Assembly (NCBI GenBank): GCA_963842525.1
Contig: CAWJGT010000009.1
Coordinates: forward strand, 768,001-832,000
DNA from: an uncultured Holophagales bacterium
GTDB lineage: Bacteria > Acidobacteriota > Thermoanaerobaculia > Multivoradales > UBA5704
DNA length: 64,000 bases
Direction: 5' to 3'
Position numbers and translations under genes: made by a program. Below the pieces are notes generated by a model that ran no database searches, was not told where the DNA came from, and was given only the letters and a program-made list of their open reading frames with translations. Shown here piece by piece: positions 10,752 to 20,414 of the stretch (its first letter is position 1; each line of letters opens with the position of its first letter).

Positions 10752-12497
10752 TCATCGGCTGAGCCCTGATTCTGAGCTCTGGCAGTCCTGACGCCAGACG
10801 GCGGGCAGGCGCTGGAGGATCTCTTCCTTCGACAAGCGACGGGGCTTCACCGCCTGGAGCATCAGCTCGCGCTGCATCAACTGATCGCCGACCAGGATGC
10901 CGTTGGCGTAGAATGTCGCTTCCCCGGCGGCCGCCTCCTCCTCGGTTCCGACGCGCAGGTTGTGCACCGGCACCGCCTTCGGGCTCGGCTGGCGGCCGAC
11001 TTCGACGAGAGCCGCCTCTCCGCTCTCTGTGAGCACGACATCGCCCTGCTTGAGCTGGCTTGCCATGACCGGCCCCCGGGAGGTGACCACCGGGTGCGCC
11101 TCGGTCAGCAGCAAGGTGTGCCCCCGGTCGTCACGGATGCGCACCAGGGGGTGTTCCTCGGAGCCCCAGGTCTTCCCTGTGACCGCGCGCACGTCCGCCT
11201 TGCCCTGTGACCGCACTTTCTCGTCGCCGTAGGCCTGGAACGTCTCGATGGCCCTCTCCGAGCCATCTGCCATGCGGACTTTCACGCCCGCGGGCAGACA
11301 GCCCTGCAGAACGTCGATCTTCGGCACGATCACCGTGTTCGACGTCGCAACCTTCGGCTTCCTGCTGGTGAACGTCGCGCCGATATGGCCGCCCGCCGTC
11401 TGCAGGAACAGTTGGAAGGTGTAGTCGAACAACATGCCGTTCGGCCTCAGGCAGTCCTTGTTCGGAAAGCTGGCGGGATTGAGATTCCAAGTCACGATAC
11501 CCTTGTCCACCTTGATGGCCGAAAGGTCGGTCGTCGCAGTCAGCATGCATCCGCCGCCGGCTGCGTCGGTCAAGGTGATGTCCAGAGACCCCGTCAGAGG
11601 GCTCGTCGGAGCCTTGGCCGGGGTGAAGTTGCCGGCGATGGGAAAGATGATGTTTGGCGGATTGCCGCTGCCCGTGCACCCATAATCGCAGTCGCTGTTG
11701 ACGCGCGGCCCATAGCAGATCTTGATGTTCCCCCGTGTCGGATCGACGCAGGCCGTGGCGGCGTTGGTGTTGCACTGCTGGGTTCCGCCTCCACCGGCGG
11801 GCTTGTAGTTCGGCGAGAGCTGGCAGGCGGCCCTCACGGGCTTCAAATCTGTAAGCAGGATGACGTAGGGCTCTACAAGGTCGTGCTTCTTCTGTTTGAT
11901 CAGGAAGAGCGCGTTGGCTTCGATGTCGCTCTCCGAAACCGGTCTCCCCGCAACCGCGACCTCCAGGTTCGTTTGCGCGCACAAGCTGCCTTCCTTGGAG
12001 CCGATATTGGTGTTTTCCTCGAGGTCGATGAGGGTCAGGATGATCCTCGTGTAATCAGGGACCTGATCGCTCGGGTAGGTCGAGAAGGCGCTGGTGTAGA
12101 AGTCTCCGTCTTCCAGCTGGCCGAACTCGGTGATGTAGTTCACGCCTTCGAGCGTAAGTCCTGCCTTGACGAGGCGCGGCTTGCCCGTTTTGCCGGTTGT
12201 GCGTGCCTTCTCCAGGAGCTTGAATAGATGGGGAGACCTCTCGGCGGAGACGCCGGCCCGGCGGAGTGTGTCGATCACGAAAGCGTACTGCCGCGGGTCG
12301 GCCAGGTTCAGCTTGTAAGGCAGACCGATCGCAACGTTCTGGCGGAGATAGCGGAGATTGGTGACCTCTTTCGCGGAAAGCTTCGTTCCTGTCGGCGCCC
12401 CTCCAGAGCTTTCGGCGCCGAGCAGGGACGAGGCGAGGAATAGCCCGAGCAGAAACATCAAGACGAACGCCGAGTGAAGGGCTTGAGGTTTTCTCAT
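10752..12497 (-). CDS. Secreted Cys-rich protein with a C-terminal Hint autoprocessing domain and tail
   Basis: Signal peptide; G|CLPAGVKVRMADG (block A), LTEAHPV (TxxH), VHNL, TFYANGILVGD (no terminal Asn), then a ~40-aa tail. Confidence 0.85.
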   Translation of the reverse strand: MRKPQALHSAFVLMFLLGLFLASSLLGAESSGGAPTGTKLSAKEVTNLRYLRQNVAIGLPYKLNLADPRQYAFVIDTLRRAGVSAERSPHLFKLLEKARTTGKTGKPRLVKAGLTLEGVNYITEFGQLEDGDFYTSAFSTYPSDQVPDYTRIILTLIDLEENTNIGSKEGSLCAQTNLEVAVAGRPVSESDIEANALFLIKQKKHDLVEPYVILLTDLKPVRAACQLSPNYKPAGGGGTQQCNTNAATACVDPTRGNIKICYGPRVNSDCDYGCTGSGNPPNIIFPIAGNFTPAKAPTSPLTGSLDITLTDAAGGGCMLTATTDLSAIKVDKGIVTWNLNPASFPNKDCLRPNGMLFDYTFQLFLQTAGGHIGATFTSRKPKVATSNTVIVPKIDVLQGCLPAGVKVRMADGSERAIETFQAYGDEKVRSQGKADVRAVTGKTWGSEEHPLVRIRDDRGHTLLLTEAHPVVTSRGPVMASQLKQGDVVLTESGEAALVEVGRQPSPKAVPVHNLRVGTEEEAAAGEATFYANGILVGDQLMQRELMLQAVKPRRLSKEEILQRLPAVWRQDCQSSESGLSR

Positions 12498-12548
12498 GGC
12501 TCCTCTCCGTGAAATGAAAACCGCAGCTCATCAACCGAGCGGCGGAGG

Positions 12549-12595
12549 TTCGGCACGCTGCCAGGCGTCGTCGCGCACTGCGTTCCCCGCGCTCA
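12549..12595 (+). repeat. 47-bp direct repeat, copy 2 (orphan GT9 start overlapping the lectin stop)
   Basis: Minus strand reads TTG-SAGNAVRDDAWQRAE-PPPLG*, against GT9 GTG-SAGNVVRDDAWQRAE. Confidence 0.9.
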
Positions 12596-12982
12596 AGCCG
12601 CGACGGTGATCCTCACCGTGAGCGATCCCTCGTTATCGGTGAAGCCGGCGCCGTAGATGCCGTTCATGTCGTCGTTGATGCTGAGGTGGAGAGGTCCGAT
12701 CAGGCCGTCCGGCACGAAGCCGATGGGGCCGACGGGGAACACCACGGGCGAGCCTCCTGCGACGACGACCTGGCCCACGAGCAGCCCTTCGACCTGCCCC
12801 TCCAGGTTGTATCCCTCCTTGGCGATGAGCCCAGCGTGGCCGTCCGGACCGACCAGGCCGTTGGCCGGGTTGGCGCTCCACTCGCCGTTCGCTGCGATCC
12901 TCACCGTAGCGGTTCCGTCCAACGTCAGCCCGGTGTCCATCCAGAGAGTGGTGGCGTCGACTGTCACGTTGAAGTCTGGCAT
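12593..12982 (-). CDS. LecA/PA-IL-like lectin
   Basis: WMDTG, ANGEW, GPDG, LLVGQV, INDD...DNEGSL (resembles the LecA Ca/sugar loop); AGGAAGG RBS. Confidence 0.75.
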   Translation of the reverse strand: MPDFNVTVDATTLWMDTGLTLDGTATVRIAANGEWSANPANGLVGPDGHAGLIAKEGYNLEGQVEGLLVGQVVVAGGSPVVFPVGPIGFVPDGLIGPLHLSINDDMNGIYGAGFTDNEGSLTVRITVAA

Positions 12983-13015
12983 GGCTCGAACCTTCCTTTC
13001 TCGCGATGTGCCGCT

Positions 13016-15277
13016 CTATTGTCTTCGTCCCGGCGGCGGCGAGCGCCGGAGAGGATCCAGGCCGCTCTTGAGCTGCGTGCCGGTTAGAGCCCTCCGGGCG
13101 ACCGGCGCCTGCTGAGCGACTGACGACACGGCCAGCGCAAAAGGCTGCCTCGAGCCCGGCGCAAGCGTGGCCGCCGTGACGGTGATCGTACATGCGCCCG
13201 CGGGCGTCTGCGCCAGGATCAGCTTTTCGAACGAATTCGCCGTGTCGGCAGGCCCATTGGCGGCCGTCTGGCCGTTCTGCATGCTGGGCACTCCTCCGTG
13301 GTAGACGGTGGTTCCGTCCGCCAGCGTCAGCGTGAGGTCGAGGTCGTTGACCAGCGCTCCCGCCAAACCGGCGTCCGGCGGGTCGTACCAGGTCAGTGTG
13401 ATTGCCAACTGCGTGGCGGCCGAGAACGTCAAGTTGGGGAAGACCACCGACTGTCCCTGTTGGGTGAACACGAAGGCTGCGCCGGGCTCGGTCAGAGAGT
13501 CGAAATACATGATCTGACCGGCGCCGAAACCATCGATCGACTGCCGCAGGTTGATTTCGCCCCAGCCCTGCATGTTGTCGGGCACGTAGTTGTAAAGCGG
13601 CGAAGTGCCGTTGACGAGCAGGGCCTTGACCAGCATCCCCGTCGCGTTGGGCAGGTTCGTCTGGGTGGCGAGGAACTCGCGGAGCAGCACCGCCGAGCCG
13701 GACACCAGCGGCGTCGAGAAGGACGTTCCGGAGGCATAGGCAAAGCCGGGCTGGTTCAGGTACGGCTGGTTGGACGGGCCCGCCCCGGTCGCCGGACAGG
13801 TCGCCGCCATGGACTGGGGACAGCGCATCGCGACCATGGCTCCGGGAGCGCAGACGTCCGGCTTGAGGCGGCCGCCCACCACCGGACCCTGCGAGCTGCT
13901 GTTGGCCATCGCGTTGATCGCCGTGGCCGTGGGATAGGTGAAGGGAGGCCCGGCCGCGCCCGTCGGAGGGGTGCCGTTGCCCGCATTGCCGACCACGAGC
14001 GAATCCTTGGAGCAGCTCAGGGTGCCGATCGAGCCGGCTCCCTGGGCGCCGTAGTTGCCGGCGGAGGTCACTACCAGCATGGTCGGGTTCGTCCCGACGA
14101 ACGTGTCGATGGCGGAGGACCCTTGCAGCGAGTACGTGTTGAGCACAGGAGCGAGAACGGGAAAGGTGCCGGTGGCGGGCACCCAACTGTTGTTGTGCAC
14201 CCGCGCATTCGCGGCGAAGGCGTTGGTCAGAGCGCGATCGATGTTCAGATAGCCTGGTTGCAGCCCGTTCGAATCGGCGTTGAAGGGCCGCATGATGGCG
14301 GTCGCCATAAAGGCTACACCGGTGAGGAGTCCGCCGGCAGAGGTCGCGCCGTTGCCCACGGCCACGTCGGTGACGAAGGTGCCGTGCGACGAGGGGTCGC
14401 CCTTATAGTTGAGGCCGGCCCAGCTTTGCGGGATGGTCGGGGCAGGATTGGTCCAGTTTGCGATGTCGCCGTTGACGCGCCCCTGGAAGTCCGCGAGAAG
14501 GGTTGCGGGATTCCCGGTGTCGAGCCCGGTGTCGTAAATGCCGAGCACCTGGCCGGTTCCGTCGAGGTTGTCGATGTTCGCCCAGGGCGGCGCGGCATTT
14601 GCGCGCACGCCGATCCTCACCGGCGCGATGTCGAGCTCTGGTTGCGGGGTCATGGCCGGCTCGACGTTCCATACGTCCGGCAGCGCCGCGAGCCCGGCCA
14701 GCGCCCTGGTTGGGACCGACACCACCAGCGCTTCCTTGCCGAGGGCGGTCGAGACGACGCGCGCGCTGCCGCCGAGCTTCACGATCTCCTCGGCGGTCGC
14801 CGCCGCTTTTTCAAACACGGTCACGACGACGTCCACCTTGCTCGTCGCGTCCGGGTTCTCGGCGCTCGCCCGCAGCGATGGATCGATCTTGTAGCCCGGA
14901 TGGAAGGCGTCGGCGAAGCGCACGCCCCGGAGCGCCCGGAGCTTCGCCAGGCTCAAATCGCCGACGAGAAGCCCGTGCCGGGCGATGGGGCCATGAATGC
15001 GTCCGCCGGCAGCCCGGATGGCGTCGTAGACCGCGCGTCCTTTCCCGGTCTCGTACTGGACGATCGCAACTCCCGGGTCGCCCTTGGCCAGCAGAGCCGG
15101 CGCCAGCTTCGGCGGCGCAGAGAGCGGATCGAAGGCGAAGTCACGCACGTAGAGCTTCGCGGCATTCGCGGCATCGGGTGAGGGCGGAGGCGGCGCGATC
15201 TGCGCGGCGAGAGCCCAGACCGGCAGGATCCATAGAGCGACGAGCGCGAAGAAGCGGCGTCGAGCGGACGATCTCAT
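13016..15277 (-). CDS. Secreted S8 subtilase, KP-43-like, with a C-terminal beta domain
   Basis: ARRRFF signal; triad DTG/HGT/GTS; SAGN oxyanion; KPDVCAPG; LVNDLDL. Confidence 0.9.
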   Translation of the reverse strand: MRSSARRRFFALVALWILPVWALAAQIAPPPPSPDAANAAKLYVRDFAFDPLSAPPKLAPALLAKGDPGVAIVQYETGKGRAVYDAIRAAGGRIHGPIARHGLLVGDLSLAKLRALRGVRFADAFHPGYKIDPSLRASAENPDATSKVDVVVTVFEKAAATAEEIVKLGGSARVVSTALGKEALVVSVPTRALAGLAALPDVWNVEPAMTPQPELDIAPVRIGVRANAAPPWANIDNLDGTGQVLGIYDTGLDTGNPATLLADFQGRVNGDIANWTNPAPTIPQSWAGLNYKGDPSSHGTFVTDVAVGNGATSAGGLLTGVAFMATAIMRPFNADSNGLQPGYLNIDRALTNAFAANARVHNNSWVPATGTFPVLAPVLNTYSLQGSSAIDTFVGTNPTMLVVTSAGNYGAQGAGSIGTLSCSKDSLVVGNAGNGTPPTGAAGPPFTYPTATAINAMANSSSQGPVVGGRLKPDVCAPGAMVAMRCPQSMAATCPATGAGPSNQPYLNQPGFAYASGTSFSTPLVSGSAVLLREFLATQTNLPNATGMLVKALLVNGTSPLYNYVPDNMQGWGEINLRQSIDGFGAGQIMYFDSLTEPGAAFVFTQQGQSVVFPNLTFSAATQLAITLTWYDPPDAGLAGALVNDLDLTLTLADGTTVYHGGVPSMQNGQTAANGPADTANSFEKLILAQTPAGACTITVTAATLAPGSRQPFALAVSSVAQQAPVARRALTGTQLKSGLDPLRRSPPPGRRQ

Positions 15278-15377
15278 CGGCTGAGCCCTCCAGCGAAGAA
15301 GAGGACATGATACTATCAGACTTGCACGAAGCCTGTCGAAGCTTAGATTCATTGCTCTGTAAGCATTGGAGATTCGG

Positions 15378-16901
15378 GTGAACCCGGAGGAGATCGCACG
15401 CTACCAGGGCCTGGCGCGCGAGGTGATCGCGAATCCTCCGCCCTATCCGAAGGAGCGCTATACCGGACGCGGCGTGGTGGTCTGCGGCGGCGGCGCCAGG
15501 TACTTCACCTGTGCCTACGTCTGTCTCAGCATGCTGCGCCAGACCGGCTGCCGGCTACCGGTCGAGCTGTGGCATCTCGGCCCGCTGGAGATGAACGACG
15601 ACATGCGCGCGCTGGTCGCGCCGCTCGACGTCACCTGCGTGGACGCGAGCGAAATGCGCAAGGAGCAGCCGGTCCTGCGGCTCCATGGCTGGGAGCTCAA
15701 GCCGTACTCGATCCTCCATTCACGGTTCGAGGAGGTGCTGTTTCTCGACGCGGACAACGTGCCTCTGGTGAACCCGGAGGTCTTCTTCACGTGTGCGGAG
15801 TACGAGCGCACCGGGGCGCTCTTCTGGCCGGATTTCAGCCCGCTCGACAGGAAGAACCCGATCTGGGAGCTGGCGGAGGTGGAGTACCGCTATGAGCCGT
15901 CCTTCGAAAGCGGCCAGCTCGTCGTCGACAAGCGGCGCTGCTGGGCGGAGCTGCAGCTCACGATGCACTACAACGAGCACTCGGACTGCTATTACCGGCA
16001 CACGGGGGGAGACAAGGACACGTTCCACATCGCGTGGCGGCGGCTGGGCCGGCCCTATGCGATGATCCCGCATCACGTTCAGGCGCGCGGCGGCGTGGTG
16101 ATGTGCCAGCACGATTTCACCGGTGAGGTGGTCTTCCAGCACCGCAACAATGCGAAATGGACGCTCGATCTCGACGCCAATCCGCGGGTGGCAGGGTTCC
16201 GCCACGAAGGGCGCTGTCTCGAGATCCTGCGCGAGCTCGCCGCGCGCTGGAACGGCGATCCGGCCCGGCTGCGTCCGGATTCGCCACAAGCGCGCCGGCT
16301 GCACGACGAAATCGAAGCGACGGAGAAGTACGTCTATGACCGGGTCGGCCACGACCGCCGGGTGATCCGCCTGCACACCGACCAGAGCATCTCCGGTGCG
16401 GGCAGCCTGGAGACGTCCTGGTTCGTGATGACCCGCGAAGACGGCGAGCCCGTCCTGTGCATTGCCGGCTCGCAGGGGATCACCTGCCTCCTTGCGCCGC
16501 GCGGCGACGGGGCCCTGACCGGCCGCTGGGAGCTCTTCGAGCGCATGCCGATCGACCTCCTTCCTCTGTCTCTGGTCCCGGCGGAGGATCTGCTGCAGAT
16601 CGAGCGCGACGCCCGCCACACGGCCCTGTGCGGGCTGGCGGCCCTGGTGGTCCACGTGCGGCGCGAGCGGAGGCTGGTCCGCTTCGAGCCGGGCGGAGGC
16701 CTTTCGAGCCAGGACGGCTCCCCGGACGGCTGGCGCTGGGGCCTTCGCTGCCGAGCCGGCGAGCTGGCGCTCGAGCTCACCGAGGCGGACGGCAGCCGGC
16801 GCCTCCTGTTCGAGGAGCCCGACGGCGTCTTCCGCGGTGAGGCGTGCTCCGGGCGCGACCGGGTGGAAGTCATTCCGCTGCCGGGACTGAAGCTCCCTTG
16901 A
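15378..16901 (+). CDS. GT71 (Mnn2/Mnn5-like) alpha-mannosyltransferase with two C-terminal ~80-aa beta domains
   Basis: RGVVVCGGG, LPVELW, EEVLFLDADN, ALFWPD, ESGQLVVDK, GDKDTF. Confidence 0.85.
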   Translation: MNPEEIARYQGLAREVIANPPPYPKERYTGRGVVVCGGGARYFTCAYVCLSMLRQTGCRLPVELWHLGPLEMNDDMRALVAPLDVTCVDASEMRKEQPVLRLHGWELKPYSILHSRFEEVLFLDADNVPLVNPEVFFTCAEYERTGALFWPDFSPLDRKNPIWELAEVEYRYEPSFESGQLVVDKRRCWAELQLTMHYNEHSDCYYRHTGGDKDTFHIAWRRLGRPYAMIPHHVQARGGVVMCQHDFTGEVVFQHRNNAKWTLDLDANPRVAGFRHEGRCLEILRELAARWNGDPARLRPDSPQARRLHDEIEATEKYVYDRVGHDRRVIRLHTDQSISGAGSLETSWFVMTREDGEPVLCIAGSQGITCLLAPRGDGALTGRWELFERMPIDLLPLSLVPAEDLLQIERDARHTALCGLAALVVHVRRERRLVRFEPGGGLSSQDGSPDGWRWGLRCRAGELALELTEADGSRRLLFEEPDGVFRGEACSGRDRVEVIPLPGLKLP

Positions 16902-16947
16902 GCTCCTTCTCCAGTGCTTCGACCGCGAGATCGCGCCGCTTCTGGGG

Positions 16948-19455
16948 ATGCGCAGGCCGACATTCCGGCGGCTGTTCGAGCTTCTGGAGGGACGGCGACA
17001 GGACTCCTACACCATCGTCGAGACCGGCGTCGCCCACCTCGCCGCTGCCGACGGAAGGCCCGGCTTCCACGCGGTCCACGGCCAGAGCACGCTCCTGTTC
17101 GACCAGTTCGTCAACGCTCGGGGAGGTGCGGTCTACAGCGTCGACTGCTCGCCCGTGCACTGCCGGCGGGCGCGGAGCTGGGTGAGCGACAGAGTCCGTA
17201 TCTTCTGTCACGACAGCCACACGTTTCTGGCCGGCTTCAGCGCGCCGACGCCCATCGACTGCCTCTATCTCGATTCGCTGGCCGTCGATTGGAGCGATCC
17301 GCATCCGAGCGCGCTGCATCATCTTGAAGAGCTGTGCGCCATTCTGCCGCGCCTGCCGGAGGGTTGCATCGTCGTCGTCGACGACACGCTACGCGGCATC
17401 GGAAAGGGCGGCTACATCGTCGAGGTGATGGAGCGCATCGGCGCCCGGCTCCTCTTCGAGGGCTATCAGGTGGCATGGCAGCTCACGGGTCCTCCGCCGG
17501 CGATCCGGCCCTGGGGGTGCTACGCGCCCGACGAGCTGGCGTTCGTGCTGGCTCGCCCGGCCGCCCTCTCGTACCGCTACGTGCGCGTGGGCTCCGACGA
17601 GCGCATCCTGGAGCTTCTGCCCGACGGCACGATCGGCCATGGGAAGGGGGAGCTGGAAGAGCGGTGGTTCGCCGAGCGCGCTGCCGGCGGAGGCGTCGGG
17701 CTGGTTCTCGCGGGCAGCGGGCGGATCACGGCGCGCCTCTCCCCCGTGCCACCGGAGGACCGTTGGCGCGGGCACTGGCTGGTCCACGATCGCGAGGCGG
17801 TCGAGCTGTGGCCGCTGCCGCCGGACGACGGAGTCATGCCGTCCGGCCGTTACTGGCTGCGCGCGGCCGAGGGCGGGGCACGCCCGCTCGGGTTGCTCGC
17901 TTCGCACGACGTCTGGAACCGTGGCGCCGGAGCCGAGACGTGGCGCATCGAACGCGGCGAGGACGGGCAACCGGTCCTCCTGCTTGCGGCGGCGGGCCGC
18001 GACCGATGGCGTTTCCATCCGGACCGCGAAGGGTGCTGGCAGGGGAGCTCGACCGCCGATCCGCCTGTCGCGGCATCGCTCGAGCTCCTCGGCCAGACCA
18101 GCGACAGCGAGGCCTCCGCGCGCACCGCTCTCGCCGCGCGCCGCCTGTTCCGATATCGCCGGGAAGGCGATGGCGAGTGGCCGATCGAGCTGGTGCCGGA
18201 CGGGACGATCGGCCGGGGCGCCACGCCGACCGAGGCCGCCTGGGACGTCGAGGACACCGGAGACGGCGAGCTCGCGCTCCTCCTCTACGGGCGCGACTCG
18301 ATGGCCGTGCGGCTGGCACAGCAGCCGGACGGCTCGTTCCTGGGCAAGTGGCCGCTGCACGACCGGCGGACGGTAAGGGTCGAGCCGCTCGACCGCGGCT
18401 CGGGCGCCTATCTCCTGCCGATCTTCACCGCGTGCCTGCCGCGCCGGCAGATCCGCCGCATCGTCGAGGTGGGAGGCGGCGACGGAGTCGACGCCGTCGC
18501 GCTGCAGCGCTATTTCGACGCCGACGTCATGGTCTTCGAGTGCAATCCCGACCTGCTCTCTGCCTGTGCCAAGCGTGCCGCTGCGTGTCCCCGCGTCACC
18601 CTGGTCGCCAAGGCCGCCGGCGAGGCCGAAGGGATGATCCCTTTCTATCGCGTGACCAACGGGAATCCGCACGCGTCCTCGTGCTTCGTCGCCAATCCCG
18701 CCTATCCCTACGAGGTCTACGTACAGGAACGCTGCGAGGTGGAGATGATCCGGCTCGACGGCTTCCTGGACGCGCAGGGGCCGGAGACGCCGGAGACCAT
18801 CGGCCTCCTGGCGATCGATGTCCAGGGAGGCTGCCTGGGCGTGCTCCGCGGCCTCGGAGCGCATCTCGACCGCGTGCGCTACGTCATCGCCGAGATCGGC
18901 ACCCGTCCCCTGTACGAAGGAGAGGCGCTGGCGCCCGAGGTCATCGCGTTCCTCGCCGGCCGCGGCTTCCATCTCCTGCGCTGGTTCGACCAGTGGGGAG
19001 TCCTGCCCGACGGAGATCTCGTCGACCCCACCGTCTTCCCGCGGCAGTACGCCGGGGCCGAAAGCTGGTTCGGCGACTACCTCTTCGTGCGCAACACACC
19101 GCGCGAAGCGGCGGCCGCGGCCGCCATCACCGCGCACCGGTTCTTCCGCTACGTGCGCCTGGGCCATGACGAACGGACGCTCGAGCTGCTGGCCGGCGGG
19201 CAGATCGGAGAGGGGCGCGGCGGGTGCGAGCGGAACTGGATCGTGGAGGAGCAGCCCGACGGCGCTGTCGAGCTGCTGCTGCTCGGTCTCGAGCAGGTGA
19301 CCTGCCGCCTCCTGCACGGCCCCGACGGCCGCTGGCGGGGGCGGTGGACGTCCCACGAACGGATGCCCGTCTTCCTGGAGCCGCTCCCGGCGGAGTCTCA
19401 GGCAGGATCCCAGGGAGCCTGCGAGGAGCCGAGCAGGGTTTCGCTGGAGGTGTAG
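16948..19455 (+). CDS. Double SAM methyltransferase (class I plus FkbM-like) with four ~80-aa repeat domains
   Basis: IVETG..LYLDS..VVDD; IVEVGGGDG..FECNP..IDVQG..YVIAE. The true start may be TTG 16898 if one C is missing near 16908. Confidence 0.8.
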   Translation: MRRPTFRRLFELLEGRRQDSYTIVETGVAHLAAADGRPGFHAVHGQSTLLFDQFVNARGGAVYSVDCSPVHCRRARSWVSDRVRIFCHDSHTFLAGFSAPTPIDCLYLDSLAVDWSDPHPSALHHLEELCAILPRLPEGCIVVVDDTLRGIGKGGYIVEVMERIGARLLFEGYQVAWQLTGPPPAIRPWGCYAPDELAFVLARPAALSYRYVRVGSDERILELLPDGTIGHGKGELEERWFAERAAGGGVGLVLAGSGRITARLSPVPPEDRWRGHWLVHDREAVELWPLPPDDGVMPSGRYWLRAAEGGARPLGLLASHDVWNRGAGAETWRIERGEDGQPVLLLAAAGRDRWRFHPDREGCWQGSSTADPPVAASLELLGQTSDSEASARTALAARRLFRYRREGDGEWPIELVPDGTIGRGATPTEAAWDVEDTGDGELALLLYGRDSMAVRLAQQPDGSFLGKWPLHDRRTVRVEPLDRGSGAYLLPIFTACLPRRQIRRIVEVGGGDGVDAVALQRYFDADVMVFECNPDLLSACAKRAAACPRVTLVAKAAGEAEGMIPFYRVTNGNPHASSCFVANPAYPYEVYVQERCEVEMIRLDGFLDAQGPETPETIGLLAIDVQGGCLGVLRGLGAHLDRVRYVIAEIGTRPLYEGEALAPEVIAFLAGRGFHLLRWFDQWGVLPDGDLVDPTVFPRQYAGAESWFGDYLFVRNTPREAAAAAAITAHRFFRYVRLGHDERTLELLAGGQIGEGRGGCERNWIVEEQPDGAVELLLLGLEQVTCRLLHGPDGRWRGRWTSHERMPVFLEPLPAESQAGSQGACEEPSRVSLEV

Positions 19456-20368
19456 CTCCGCTGGAGCGGATCGGGCGGATGTCCGCCGCAGCCATACAGG
19501 GCCGGCCGGTAGATCCGGGAAAGGTCGCCGGCCAGGGGCGCGAGGTCGCGCAGGCGCGCGACGTCCTCCTGGCGCACGAAGAAGGCGTTGACGCCGGCGT
19601 TCTCTGCATAGACCAGGACGTACCCCAGCCTCGCGCCGAGACGCTGGAGAGCGAGCTGGCTGGCGCCAAAGTAGCGCGTCCCGTCCCAGGATTTGTCCGG
19701 TCCCTCGTACGGGACCACGAGGTCCTCGCCGGGACCGTGTGCGCCGTTGTGCTCGACGATCACCACGCGGGGAGAGAGCAGCTCGCCGATCCGCCACCAG
19801 AATCGTAGTAGTCGACGTCGATGCTGAGCACGTCGAGCTGCCTGGGGACCTGGTAGCGCTCGACCAACGCGGGGATGTTGTCGAGCGTGACCAACTCGCG
19901 GTAGAGGCCGCGGGACGGATTGTGAAAGCCCAGGTCCCATTGCAGCACCGTGGCTCCCGCCTCGGCCAACACGCGGGTGTTGCACTCGCTGCCGTCTCCG
20001 ACGCCGAACTCCAGCGCGACCGGCCCGCGCACGCCGAGCTCCTGGAGCAGCGCCAGGAGAACGCCATCCTCGCCGTTCTGCGAACGCAGGCGAGCCTCGG
20101 CGCCGTACAGCGGGCTCTCCTTGTACCAGCTCAGACCGTTGTCCCAGTCGATGCGGTGCGTGCCCGCGAGCCGGGCCTCAGGATGGTCCGGACCGAAGAA
20201 GACGCGGAAGCGCACGGGCGCCTCGATCCATTCGAACCGCAGCCTCGGCAAGCGCAACCGCGGGTCTCCGTCACCGGCGATCCGGATGCGCCAGCCGGGG
20301 TAATACCATGTCCCCAGGAGGTCGGCGGGCGGATCAGATCCGGGAACGACGATCAGCTCCTCGATCAA
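19398..20368 (-). CDS. FkbM-like methyltransferase, frameshifted near 19800
   Basis: SQNGEDG, LEFGVGDGSECNT, LDVLSIDVD | PRVVIVEHN, YFGAS, GVNAFFVR; start uncertain. Confidence 0.75.
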
Positions 20369-20414
20369 GCTGAATCCCCAGTGCTGCGGCCGGAAGCAGA
20401 AGAACGGCGGCGGA

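Noticed and set aside
10752-11300. Hint domain as a canonical intein or polymorphic-toxin pretoxin Hint
   Set aside because: No terminal His-Asn plus nucleophile, no conserved host protein, no toxin domain after it and no immunity gene
10697-12595. 47-bp repeats as a DGR template/variable pair or integron attC sites
   Set aside because: Only three mismatches with no clear adenine-specific pattern, no DGR RT or integron integrase in the window, and no attC-like palindrome
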